DNA of 64,000 nucleotides from Octopus sinensis (Eukaryota). The stretch is from positions 12,503,579-12,567,578 of the forward strand of contig NC_043026.1 of assembly GCF_006345805.1 (NCBI RefSeq). Direction: 5' to 3'. A program made the translations under genes and the position numbers. How positions within the stretch are numbered: the first letter of the stretch is position 1; the number at the start of each line of letters is the position of its first letter. Shown here in pieces: positions 34,923 through 47,173 of this stretch. The notes beneath the pieces are model-generated. The model saw nothing but the letters and a program-made list of their open reading frames with translations. It was not told the DNA's origin and ran no database searches.

Positions 34923-35395
34923 CCCTTTTGATACCAACCCGGCTGAAACCACCTCTGGCTCTGAGTACAAATGTCTTGTTTTCATAAGTTCTGAATTAAA
35001 TTCTTCCATCAAACTTTAGTCACAATTTATGTTCCTAACACTAGCTTAATGATAACTAAGTTATTTTACTAAATTCTTTGTTATATTTAAAATTAATTGA
35101 AAGAAACACAAATCATCTCAACAGAAATATAGTAACAAGAGGGTTAAAATATATAATAGAGAAACAATTCTTAACCCTTTCGATACCAACCTGGCTGAAA
35201 CCACCTCTGGCTCTGTAGTACAAATGTTTTGTTTTCATAAGTTTTGAATTAAATTCTTCCACCAAACTTTAGTCGCAATTTATGTTCCTAACACTAGCTG
35301 AATGATAACTAAGTTATTTTACTAAATTCTTTGTTATATCTAAAATAATTGAGAGAAACATAGAGCATCTCAAAATAAATACAGTAACGAAAGGG
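34923..35395 (-). mobile_element. piggyBac-like MITE dimer
   Basis: Units 34923-35143 and 35175-35395; TTAA TSD; same spacer. Confidence 0.9.
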
Positions 35396-35461
35396 TTAAC
35401 TAAATGTAAATGCAATCATACAGAGAAGCCATATAACTGCGATATCTGGCAAATCATTCTC

Positions 35462-35975
35462 TCATCATCATCATCGTTTAACGTCTGTTTTCCATGCTAG
35501 CATGGGTTGGATGGTTCAACTGGGGTCTGGGAAGCCAGAAGGTTGCACCAGGCCCAGTCAGATCTGGCAGTGTTCCTACGGCTGGATGCCCTTCCTAACG
35601 CCAACCATTCCGTGAGTGTAGTGGGTGCTTTTTACGTGCCACCTGCACAGGTGCCAAACGAGGCTGGCAAACGGCCATAATCGGATGGTGCATTTTACAT
35701 GCCACCAGCACGGAGGCCCATCGGGGCGGCGCTGGCAACGGCCACGTTCGGATGGTTCGCTTATGTGCCACCGGCACTGGTATCACAACTACAATTTTCA
35801 TTGATTTTGATTTTGATTCTCCTATAGAACCACGATCGGATGGTGCTTTTTACATGCCACCGGCACGGGGGCCAGACGAGGCTGGCAACGGCCACAATCG
35901 GAAGGTGAATTTTACGTGCCACCGGCACGGAGGCCAGTCAGGGCAGCGCTGGCAACGGCCACGTTTGGATGGTTA
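35462..35975 (-). mobile_element. SINE family D with subrepeats
   Basis: (CAT)n, GGATGCCCTTCCTAACGCC. Confidence 0.82.
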
Positions 35976-36141
35976 ATGATTTTTCTAAACACAAATGTAT
36001 TCACACGGCATTTGGATATCTGTGGGAATTTATTCTCCAACAAAAGCGAGACAATTATTTTATTTGCTGAGCATTATTTACCCTTAACTTTACCTAATTT
36101 CTAATCTCATTTTGTTTCCCCTTTTTGAAATAATCTTTTAA

Positions 36142-36351
36142 CCCTTTAGTGTTCAGATTACTCTGTTAAATGTAATATTTTTTTACTCAAATTGTTTTGA
36201 ATTAATCAAGCATTATCTTATAGCTTTGGGGTTTCAATGATGTGATTGCTTATTTTTAGAATGTCAATGTAGGTTAGGTGTGAGAGGTTAGATATCGCCA
36301 GTTTGAATATAAAACATATAGAATATTTGGGCCGGTTTAAACACTAAAGGG
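36142..36351. mobile_element. Second piggyBac-like MITE family
   Basis: TTAA|CCCTTTAG...CTAAAGGG|TTAA. Confidence 0.85.
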
Positions 36352-36534
36352 TTAAAGCTCAATACTTTTACTGATGCCAGCTGTTTAATCACCTTTTACA
36401 TTTTACGTACTCAAGACATGTGTTGTAAAACCAAGATACACGCAGTGTTTGTCAAAGGAAAGAAAATATAATGTTATTTTACATATAACTACTACTATGT
36501 CGACATGAGTGTGTAACTTACTGCTGTAATATTT

Positions 36535-37600
36535 CTAATAAAAATCATTTATTCACTTTGCTTGTTTGTCTTCCATCATGCCTGCCCCACTCTTCCGCAC
36601 CTGTCCTTGCAAATTATCCAACATCATGTCGCTTCTGTTGTCCCTCTCCTGTCTACTGTATCATCATTACTGTTCTGCTGCGTTGAATTCTCAGTCACTT
36701 CCTACTCTACCTCTCCCTCCCTACTAAGAAGGCTGTAATCTCATTTGACAGGAAACCTGGATGAAGAATATATAAAACAAGGCTGTGACTTTAAATACCT
36801 TTAATGTGGCCACATGTATATACACAAGCTGAATGATAAAGAAATAATCTCCCCCATTGATTCTCCTTACCATGCATTTTTGTATCCAATTTCTGTAATT
36901 TCAACCAATCAATGACGTCTATTCACTTTGCTTGTTTGTATTCCATTATGCTTGCCCCACCTGTCCTTGCAAATTATCCAACATCATGTCGCTTCTGTTG
37001 TCCCTCTCCTGTCTACTGTATCATCATTACTATTCTGCTGCGTTGAATTCTCAGTCACTTCCTACTCCCCCTTTCCCTCTCTATGTGTCTTACGTTGTTA
37101 CAGGTTGCCTACTTTCCATCTCTTCACCCTTACACCATCCCCACCTCCACCAAGTGTCCCACACTTTTCTCCCCCCTGCCCCACTCATACTTGTACTTTG
37201 AAGGCCAAGCTTAATACTCCATCACCCCTATTTTCATCTCTTTCTATGAAATCCATGAGATTCCTCATGATCCTTTCCTCCTCTTCTCAGCTGTACTACT
37301 CTTCTCTCAGTTTATCTGTTTGTCTCAGTCCTAACTGAGAATCTATTTGTCAGTGTCTGTCTGTCTGCCTTCTCAATCATATATTGTCTTGACTGTGTGG
37401 CCTATAATTTACATCAATAAATGACAGGTCATTCTAGTTTCTAATAAAAATCATTTATTCACTATGCTTATATGCATTCCATCATGCTTGCCCCACTCTC
37501 TCCCACCTGTCCTTGCAAATTATCCAACATCATGTCCCTCTCCTGTCTACTGTATCATCATTACTCTTCTGCTGCGTTGAATTCTCAGCCACCTCCTCCT
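36535..37600. repeat. Locally triplicated segment of about 170 bp
   Basis: TATTCACT.TGCTT...CACCTGTCCTTGCAAATTATCCAACATCATGTC...GCTGCGTTGAATTCTCAG at about 36550, 36921 and 37456. Confidence 0.85.
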
Positions 37601-37639
37601 GTATCCATCTGCCTATCTATTTCTGAAACATTTATCGTC

Positions 37640-37825
37640 TTGGTGGCACGTAAAAAGCACCCACTACACTCACGGAGTGGTTGGCGTTAGGAAGGGCATC
37701 CAGCTGTAGAAACATTGCCAGATAAGACCGGAGCCTGGGGCAGCCTTCTGATTTCCCAGATCCCCGGTCGAACCGTTCAACCCATGCTAGCATGGAGAAC
37801 GGACGTTAAATGATGGTGATGATGA
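37640..37825 (+). mobile_element. SINE family D 3' part
   Basis: TTGGCGTTAGGAAGGGCATC core. Confidence 0.82.
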
Positions 37826-38459
37826 CTGTGGCCTATAATCTTTACTTTTGACATCATGAAATCTAAAATCTATATAAATAAAGCTGGTTTATTCTTAAAT
37901 TATTTTTGTGTCATTTTTACATGTAGAACATTTGATCAAATCATGTTTATCCAGTCGGTAAACTTGCTCCAGCATGGCCACTGTCAAATGATTGAAACAA
38001 GTAAAAGAATTAGAAAATTACTATTATTAAATCTCAAATGAGAGATATTCAGCAACAGTACTTAGCGGTTTGGCAAAAGAGACCAATAGAATAAGTACCA
38101 GACTTCCAAAAAAATAAGTCCTGGGGTCGATTTGCTCGACTAAAAGGTGGTGCTCCAGTATGGCCACAGTCAAATGACTGAAACAAGTAAAAGAGTAAAG
38201 AGTACTTTGGAGTAAAGATTATTTGCTAACATAACATGGCAGTCCTGGTTTTAGGACAAATGTTGCTGTAATTTAGCCCCAGGAGACATCATCTCCAGCT
38301 GGACACAGATCGTGTCGTATAGCCAGCGGGAGACTCGACTAAATGCGATGCCCCAGCATGGCTACAGTCAAATGACAAACAAGTAAAAGAATATATATAC
38401 CAATATATAAAAAAACACTACACTTATATTAGATTAATCCCTTTGTTTTCAAATATAGG

Positions 38460-38840
38460 CAGACCTTAACATATCTTTTTTTCTCTGCGGCCATGCTGGA
38501 GCACCGCCTTTAATCAAGCAACTCGACCCCGGGACTTATTCTCTTGTAAGCCCAGTACTTATTCTATCAGTCTCTTTTACCGAACCGCTAAGTAAAGGGG
38601 ACATAAACACACCAGCATCGGTTGTCAAGCAATGCTAGGAGGACAAACACATATACATATATATATATATACATATATACGACGGGCTTCTTTCAGTTTC
38701 CGTCTACCAAATCCACTCACAAGGCTTTGGTCGGCCCGAGGCTATAGCAGAAGACACTTGCCCAAGATGCCGCACAGTGGGAATGAACCCAGAACCATGT
38801 GGTTGGCAAGCAAGCTACTTACCACACAGCCACTCCTGTA
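38460..38840 (-). mobile_element. SINE family B (tail fragments also at 37940-38210)
   Basis: Consensus match. Confidence 0.87.
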
Positions 38841-39252
38841 AGATACGTGTTTTTCCTATGTTTGTAACTGGTTTCAAGATATGAGATTTAACTAAAAAAA
38901 ACAAAAACAACATAACATGAAAAAATATTTTAAAAAAATTTATTAGCTTATATGTTATAATAAATGATTTGTACATATTTTCACAGGTATTTTATTTTAT
39001 TTTTGTATTTCAGAATTGGTTAAAGTCCGACAACCCAACTAAAGTTGAGGTTTTCTTTCTGTTAATTTCTTTCACCCTTTAGCATTCACATTCTTCTGTC
39101 AAATGTAGAAGACCCCCTTCGGTCATGAATGACCACGGAACTACACCAAGGAATTCCCATCAAAGGTACAAGTCCAGGCAAATTTGTTTATGGAAGACCA
39201 GCAGTCACCCATGCATACCAGCCTCCCTTCTCCATGCCATTATATGTATATA

Positions 39253-39468
39253 TATTTCTTTACTGCCCACAAGGGGCCAAACAAGGACAGACAAAGGGAT
39301 TAAGTCGATTACATCGACCCCAGTGCGTAACTGGTACTTAATTTATCGACCCCGATAGGATGAAAGGCAAAGTCGACCTCGGCGGAATTTGAAACCAGAA
39401 CGGAGCAGCAGACGAAATACGGCTACGCATTTCGCCCGGCGTGCTAACGTTTCTGCCAGCTCCCACCT
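39253..39468 (-). mobile_element. SINE family A
   Basis: Consensus match. Confidence 0.87.
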
Positions 39469-39783
39469 TATATGTATATAGGGTAAAGAACCCCTTTGGT
39501 TATGAATGGCTGTGGGGTTGCACCTAGTAAGTTCCCCTCTGAAGCAAAGGTCCAGGCAAGGTTGTTTGTGGAAGACCAGCACACGCACGCAGCTGTATAT
39601 GCATGCACTAGCATTATGACCCGGTGTTGCCAGGTCATAGTGCTAGTTCTAAATAAAAGATTTACTGCACATTTCACAATAAAACTGTCTTTACCTTCTG
39701 AGTTCAAATTCCACTGAGGTTGACTTTGCTTTTCATCTGTTTTTGGGGTCAATCAAACAAGTACTAATTGAGCACTGGGGTTG

Positions 39784-40180
39784 ATGTAATCAGTGGAGGC
39801 GCAATGGCCCAGTGGTTAGGGCAGCGGACTCGCGGTCATAGGATCGCGGTTTCGATTCCCAGACCGGGCGTTGTGAGTGTTTATTGAGCGAAAACACCTA
39901 AAAGTTCCACGAGGCTCCGGCAGGGGATGGTGGTGATCCCTGCTGTACTCTTTCACCACAACTTTCTCTCACTCTTACTTCCTGTTTCTGTTGTACCTGT
40001 ATTTCAAGGGGCCAGCCTTGTCACTCTCTGTGTCACGCTGAATATCCCCGAGAACTACGTTAAGGGTGCACGTGTCTGTGGAGTGCTCAGCCACTTACAC
40101 GTTAATTTCACGAGCAGGCTGTTCCGTTGATTCGTATCAACCGGAACCCTCATCGTCGTAACCGACGGAGTGCTTCCTTC
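39784..40180 (+). mobile_element. SINE family C, full length
   Basis: tRNA-like head to the GTAACCGACGGAGTGCTTCC tail. Confidence 0.9.
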
Positions 40181-40404
40181 TTCCCTTCCTGATGTAATCA
40201 ACTCATCCTCTCTCACAAACCAATTCATATGAAAGTACATGGGCAAAATGTTTAGCAGAGTTTGCTCTGACTCTATGTTCTGAGTTCAAATTCTGCAGAG
40301 GCTGACTTCTCCTTTCATCCTTTCAAGGTCAATAACATAAGTACCAGTAAAACACTGGGGTCGATGTAATCTTTTTACCCCATCTTGCTGGCCTTGTGCC
40401 AAAA

Positions 40405-40800
40405 TTACTCTCTTTTTACTCTTTTCAGTCATTTGACTGCGGCCATGCTGGAGCACCGCCTTTTAATCGAGCAACTCGACCCCGGGACTTATTCTTTTGT
40501 AAGCCCAGTACTTATTCTATTGGTCTCTTTTGCCGAACCGCTAAGTAACGGGGACATAAACACATCAGCATCGGTTGTCAAGCAATGCTAGGGGGGACAA
40601 ACACAGACACACAAACGCATATATATATATATATACATATATACGACGGGCTTCTTTCAGTTTCTGTCTACCAAATCCACTCACAAAGCTTTGGTCGGCC
40701 CAAGGCTATAATAGAAGACACTTGCCCAAGATGCCATGCAGTGGGACTGAACCCGGAACCATATGGTTGGTAAACAAGCTACTTACCACACAGCCACTCA
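40405..40800 (-). mobile_element. SINE family B immediately past the stop of the 40.8-kb gene
   Basis: Consensus match. Confidence 0.9.
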
Positions 40801-40813
40801 TCCACATGATTCA

Positions 40814-41704
40814 TCACGTTAGGGGTTTTTTCCCAACCTGACTACAATTGTGAATAATAAAAGATTTCTGAGCAAAATATTTGCCACACGTTTCACAGTG
40901 GAAGCGTTTTTCTCCAGAGTGTAAACTCTTATGTTTCGTTAAGATGCTGTTAGAAGAAAAAGATTTCAAACAGATTTCACAGTGAAACAACTTTTCACCA
41001 GAGTGGGTCCGTTTATGGATTGTCAGTTTAGAATTCTGGATAAAAGACTTCCCGCATATCTCACAGTGGAACTGTTTCTCCCCGGTATGACAACGTTTAT
41101 GCACCGTAAGTTTGGAATTGGTCGTAAAAGATTTACCGCACATTTCACAGTGAAACGGTTTTTCGCCCGTGTGGATTCTGACGTGGACCACAAGGTTAGC
41201 GTTATCAGAGAAGGACTTGGCACAGATTTCACAATGATATGGCTTTTCCCCGGTATGGATTCTCATGTGTTTCGTTAAACTACTGTTAGACACTAAATAC
41301 TTCCCGCATATTTCACAAGGGAACAGTTTCTCTCCCGTGTGACTACGTATATGGTTAAGAAGGTGAGAATTTTGCGTGAAGGATTTCCCGCAGATTTCAC
41401 AAAGATAGGGCCTTTCACTCGTGTGAATCCGTTTATGTCTTGTGAAGTCACTGTTATAGACGAAAGACTTGCCGCACACTTCACAGTGGAATGGTTTTTC
41501 CTTGTTGTGAATCTCCTTGTGTGTTAGAACTTCATATTCTGAAGTGAAAATTTTCCTACAAATCTCACAGCGAAATTTAGCAATATTTCTGGCAGATGAT
41601 TTCTGTTTAGTAAATGTTTCACTAAGTAAAGGCTTCTCATCACCGTCTGCCTCTGTTAATCTATCTCCATTGTTAGAAGTGTCCAAGTAATTAATGTCCT
41701 CCAT
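40814..41704 (-). CDS. C2H2 zinc-finger protein, 8 intact fingers plus a degenerate last finger; divergent CEIC-type subfamily with an acidic N-terminus
   Basis: ATG 41704; MEDINYLDTS...; CE(I/V/M)CGKSF fingers. Confidence 0.93.
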   Translation of the reverse strand: MEDINYLDTSNNGDRLTEADGDEKPLLSETFTKQKSSARNIAKFRCEICRKIFTSEYEVLTHKEIHNKEKPFHCEVCGKSFVYNSDFTRHKRIHTSERPYLCEICGKSFTQNSHLLNHIRSHTGEKLFPCEICGKYLVSNSSLTKHMRIHTGEKPYHCEICAKSFSDNANLVVHVRIHTGEKPFHCEMCGKSFTTNSKLTVHKRCHTGEKQFHCEICGKSFIQNSKLTIHKRTHSGEKLFHCEICLKSFSSNSILTKHKSLHSGEKRFHCETCGKYFAQKSFIIHNCSQVGKKPLT

Positions 41705-42350
41705 ATTATTAATTAATTAATACTCAAAGAATTCTTAAAGGTTGAGAAATTTCAGTCAGTACAATCTCTATTACAGAATAATTTGTTCATGATTCACAAA
41801 TTCATAAAAAGTTTCTCATCACCATCTGCCTCTGTTAATGTATCTCCATTGTTAAAAACAGTTGTATTAGAAGTGTCCAAGTAATTAATGTCCTCCATAT
41901 TAATTAATTAATTAATACTCAAAGAATTCTTAAAGGTTGAGAAATTTCAGTCAGTACAATCTCTATTACAGAATAGTTTGTTTATGATTCACATATTCAT
42001 AAAAAGTTTCTCATCACCATCTGCCTCTGTTAATGTATCTCCATTGTTAAAAACAGTTGTATTAGAAGTGTCCAAGTAATTAACGTCCTCCATATTAATT
42101 AATTAATTAATTAATACTCGAAGGATTCTTGAAGGTTGAGAAATGATGGTCAGTACAATCTTTATTACAGTTCAGCTTTTTTTTTGATTTACAAATTCAT
42201 AAAAAGTTTCTCCCCAATATCTGTCTCTGTTAATATATTTCCATTGTTAAGAACAGTTGTATTACAGGTATCCCGGTAATTAAAGTCTTCCGTATTAATT
42301 AATTGATACTTGAGGAATTCTGAAAGGTTGAGAAATATTAACCAGTATAA
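41630..42350 (-). repeat. Four tandem copies (194-200 bp) of a branch point/acceptor/ATG cassette
   Basis: ATG at 41704, 41898 and 42093, ACG at 42293; copies 1-3 are each preceded by G(T)ACTGAC..AATTTCTCAACCTT(T/C)AAG. Confidence 0.9.
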
Positions 42351-42364
42351 GAAATCTCTGTTAA

Positions 42365-42591
42365 CCCTTTCGTTACTGTATTTATTTTGAGATGTTCTGT
42401 GTTTCTTTCAATTACTTTAAATATAACAAAGAATTTAGTAAAATAACTTAGCTTGTAAAATAATTCAGCTTGTATTAGGAACATAAATTGTGACTAAGGT
42501 TTGGTGGAAGATTTCAATTTAAAACTTATGGAAACAAGACATTTGTACAACAGAGCCAGAGCCGGTTTCAGCTGGGTTGGTAACAAAAGGG
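42365..42591 (+). mobile_element. piggyBac-like MITE monomer
   Basis: TTAA|CCCTTTCGTTAC...AAAAGGG|TTAA. Confidence 0.88.
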
Positions 42592-43074
42592 TTAAGGTTC
42601 AGTTTGTTATTTCACATAATCATGGACTGCAGACGTGTACTTAATATACGATGTTGCTATATTTTCTTCTTACAACTTGAATACTTGTTCTCTTCTTTTT
42701 GGAACTTCTTCTCAATTGCATATTATTGTAAAACAAGAACCGTTTTACTTTGGACGTTAAAGGAACATAAGTCTGGTTGATAGATATGTCGGCTGAAAAA
42801 TGAAGAAAAAAGATTCGATAATAATTGATAATTGGTGGAAAAGTTCCTAGTAAAATCAAGAAGGGCGTAACTTTAGTATAAGTACCGGATACATTTCAAG
42901 AAAGTTTTTTATATATGGGGGGTTAGGGTTAGAGTTAAGGGTGGGAGAAAAGGGTTTCTCTTATCTCCAGAAATGTAAACAAAGTCACGTGTGTACCTAT
43001 ACCGAAGGATCGCCATCAAGAAGTCTTCCGTTAACCTGTCGTGGAAGATCAGTAAATTTTTACTATTACACTCT

Positions 43075-43478
43075 CTTTTCTCTCTTTTACTCGTTTCAGT
43101 CATTTGACTGCGGCCATGCTGGAGCACCGCCTTTAATCGAGCAACTCGACCCCAGGATTATTCTTTTTGTAAGCTCAGTACTTATTCTATCGGTCTCTTT
43201 TGCCGAACCGCTAAGTAACGGGGACATAAACACATCAACATCGGTTGTCAAGCAATGCTAGGGGGACAAACACAGACACACAAACATATACACACACACA
43301 CACATATATATATATATACGACAGGCTTCTTTCAGTTTCTGTCTACCAAATCCACTCACAAGGCATTGGTCGGCCCGGGGCTATAGCAGAAGACACTTGC
43401 CCAAGATGCCACGCAGTGGGACTGAACCCGGAACCATGTGGTTGGTTAGCAAGCTACTTACCACACAGCCACTCCTGT
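43075..43478 (-). mobile_element. SINE family B
   Basis: Consensus match. Confidence 0.9.
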
Positions 43479-43639
43479 GCCTCATTTTGAATGTAAGATG
43501 CTTGTTTTTCCTATGTCTTTTTTTGTTGTTGTTGTTAAGTCTTTTGAACGAATCTGACCGCCAGAAACCATTATGTTTTAAAGGCAAATACTTTCATACA
43601 GGTGAGACGGCAGAAGGTAGTAAAAATTATTAAAACTTC

Positions 43640-44059
43640 GGCGATCTTTCGTCTCTAGTAGACCTTTCCGTCGATTTCCGTAAAAAAATATTTTTTTTTT
43701 ACATATGGGCTTGCGGGAACTTTTGAAGTAATATACATACATATACACATACACCGAGTAAAAAATTTTAGTTATCTCTTTCTTTCACACATTACTCTGT
43801 CTCTTCACACACACTAACAGAAGCACTTCACTTACACAACATACTGTCTGTCTCCCACACCCCATCAAACACACACACACATGTACATCAATGCTTCACA
43901 TGCACGGTAACTTCAAAAGAACTTCCCTCGTCATACAATCGCTTTCTCTTAGTCTCTTTCGCTCTCATTACTTCAAAAGTTCCCGCAAGCCCATATGTAA
44001 AGAGAAAAAATTTTTTTACGGAAATCGACGGAAAGGTCTACTAAAGACGAAAGATCGCC
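43640..44059. mobile_element. MITE family M2 (opposite orientation to 6277)
   Basis: TIRs; flanks TAAAACTTC / AAAAACTTC (9 bp, 1 mismatch). Confidence 0.88.
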
Positions 44060-44197
44060 AAAAACTTCTACTACAGGTTGGAATAGAACGATTAGTTCGC
44101 AGAAATGTTAAGAAAAAAGACAGGATGGTGATGTCAAAGAATGTGTGTATGTTTTGTTTACCGAAAACATCAAGAATACACAACGTGTGGATATTAC

Positions 44198-44475
44198 TCT
44201 CTTTACTCTTTTACTTGTTTCAGTCATTTGACTGCGGCCATGCTGGAGCACCGCCTTTAGTCGACCAAATCGACCCCGGGACTTATTCTTTGTAAGCCAA
44301 GTACTTATTCTATTGGTCTCTTTTGCCGAACCGCTAAGTGACGGGGACGTAAACACACCAGCATCGGTTGTCAAGCAATGCTAGGGCGACAAACACAGAC
44401 ACACAAACACATACACACACATACATATATATATATACATATATACGACAGGCTTCTTTCAGTTTCCGTCTACCA
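44198..44475 (-). mobile_element. SINE family B, partial
   Basis: Consensus match. Confidence 0.85.
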
Positions 44476-44548
44476 TATGGTGATAATCTAAATCAATTCG
44501 CAAAAAAAATTCTGAAAATTCCATAAAATAAAAAGAAGTTACAAGGGG

Positions 44549-46271
44549 TGGATGTTTTCGGTTTGAACGTCGGTTTTTTCTAGCGGTATCATATGAAATT
44601 GTCACCCATAATTATAACCCTAGTATCGATCTATTGCATTTCAATCAGTTTTAGGGTTAGGGTTAGGGGTGGGGGGAAGGGTATATTTTTTTCTTCAGAA
44701 ATGTAAATAAACCCAATCTGTTTCTTAAACGAGGGACATATTCATACGGCACAGAATGTTTTTTTACCTCAATAGACGTCATTGATTGGTTGAAATTGAA
44801 GAAAAAAACAACAACTAATGTCTTACAAACAATAGAATTTTCTCAATAAAGCCAAGAGAAAAAGATGTTTTATAAACACATTCTACCAGTATACGAAGTT
44901 TAAAAGTGTTTAGTTACGTGGAAATTATGTTAAAAAACTGCCGGTCAAACCGAAAAGATCCCCTGATTTCGGTAGAGTGAGACGCCAACAATGACAAGAG
45001 CTTCGCTGTTAACGGCTCAGGAATGTTTTCACCTCAATAGATGTCAGTGATTGGTTGAAATTGCAGAAATTGAAGAGAAAAAAAAACAACAAATATCTTA
45101 CAAACTATAGAATTTTCTCAATAAAGCCAAGAGAAAAAGATGTTTTATTTTGACACATTCTACCAGTATACGAAGTTTAAAAGTGTTTAGTTACGTGGAA
45201 ATTATTTTAAAAAAACTGCCGGTCAAACCGAAAAGATGCCAAGGGGTTCTATGAGATGGTTAAACCATAATTCTGACGACATAAATACTTACTTTAGATC
45301 TGATAGTTAACTGGAAAGCCAAGAATGGTCAGCAAAGTTATTAATTCACTCATTCGTTGGTGATTAAAGAAAAAAAACCCTCTTTTCCTTGTCTTGTAAA
45401 ATAAGTGAACAACAAATTGGCGACGTGATGTAGTTTGTGATGAGACAAAACATTTGATCGTGGAGGTGATGGAACACCGACTGAGTTGCCATACGCTGTC
45501 CACGCAAACCAACGTCTACCTATTAATTAGATAATAATTATCAAACAAAATATAATTACAATAAACACACACACACAAAAAAAGGCGGTGTCTTTGGCAA
45601 TTACTTCCCGCCCGAATGACAACGGTGTCGTAAGTCAAAAAGTCACTAGTGTAATTTAATACTTTCAGAAATACCTTCAAAAATAAATCTATTCATTTTT
45701 GCGATCGATCCAATTCTTGGTAACTTGAGAAGTTATCATCTTGCAAAATAAAATATTACGTATCAACGTGGAATCATTTACGTGGCCGTGCAGGATCTTT
45801 TCGGTTTGAACGGCAGTTTTTTAAAAAATAATTTCCACGTAACTAAACACTTTTAAACTTCGTATACTGGTAGAATGTGTTACATAAAACATCTTTTTCT
45901 CTTGGTTTTATTGAGAAACCTCTATAGTTTGTAAGATATTTGGGATCTTTTCGGTTTGACCGGCAGTTTTTTAAAATAATTTCCACGTAACTAAACACTT
46001 TTAAACTTCGTATACTGGTAGAATGTGTTTATAAACCATCTTTTTCTCTTGGTTTTATTGAGAAAATTCTATGGTTTGTAAGATATTTGGCCTCTAATTT
46101 CTTGCATTTCGGCAATTTCAACCAATCAATGACGTCTATTGAGGTGAAAACATTCTGTGCCGTATGAATAATATGTCCCTCGTTTAAGAAACAGATTGGG
46201 TTTATTTACATTTCTGAAGAAAAAAAAAGGGATCTTTTCGGTTTGAACAACCGTTCAAACCGAAAAGATCC
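44549..46271. mobile_element. Cluster of M4 MITE copies and TIR fragments
   Basis: Full copy 44549-44962; right half about 45020-45240; left ends at 45793, 45942 and 46229; mini-hairpin 46229-46271. Confidence 0.82.
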
Positions 46272-46773
46272 TAAACAAATTCTCCAACGTGGTGCTCCAA
46301 CATGGTCGCAATCTCACGAGTGACACAAGAGAGCAATTCTGGGAGGGAGCCCCAAACTGTACATATGCCTCGTAATAAATTTGTAATTAATATATAAGCA
46401 GTCTTATTTACACTCGTGAGATATCAATATCACAAAACCCCCTTTCTCTCTCTTGGTTACTACACAATTAATCACATGATCTAAACTACCCAATGAAAAT
46501 TCAAGAAATCCAATTTCTGGTTTGATTTCAATATATTTTTTTAATTGCGAATCGCGGTTTGATTGCTTCATTAATTTATCCTGTTTAATCAAAGAATCTG
46601 AAGACAAGAAATTATTTGTCATACCTGTATAGTTTTTCGTCTATGACATTTTACTGACAAGGTATATTATACTTTACTTTAGCATTTTCTCGTTACAATA
46701 GCGACGCATAGAGAAGCTACATTTTTCTTTAAATTAACATTTGTAAAATAACTTTCCAAATTTATATAATAGA

Positions 46774-47173
46774 CTAGCAGTATCGCCCGGCGTTGCTCGG
46801 GTTTGTAAGGGAAATAACTATATAAGCATTTTTAGAGAGTTATAGCCAAAAGATAGCAAAAAAAAATGCATTAAAAATGGGAAAAAAATGATGGTAAATT
46901 TTTTTTTAATCGTTGACTCATCGTAGACATTTTTAGAGAGTTACTTCCCTTATATAATAGCGAAAAAATGCATTGAAATGGAAAACAAAATGATGGTAAA
47001 TTTTTTTAAAATCGTAGACTCATCGTAGACGCGCGCTAATACCCAGAAGGGCTCGATATGAATCACGACTATAAGATACCCGGTTTTGGTTAAACTGCAC
47101 CGCAAAATGTGGGAGTAGTTAGGAATCTAAATCGGAGGAGACAGACACACAACTTGACTTTTATATATAAAGA
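46774..47173 (-). mobile_element. Helitron-like family H2
   Basis: Reverse complement of 28481-28993 with A|TC and CTAG|T termini. Confidence 0.87.

Larger units (their letters stand above)
34880..36040 (+). pseudogene. Decayed zinc-finger tail interrupted by a MITE dimer and a SINE-D
   Basis: After TAA the frame reads PYHCGEYFSENTHL|TKCKCNHTEKPYNCDI once the MITE is removed. Confidence 0.8.

Noticed and set aside
39784-39860. tRNA gene
   Set aside because: A and B boxes are present, but the sequence continues into a multi-copy SINE body and no complete cloverleaf could be supported.
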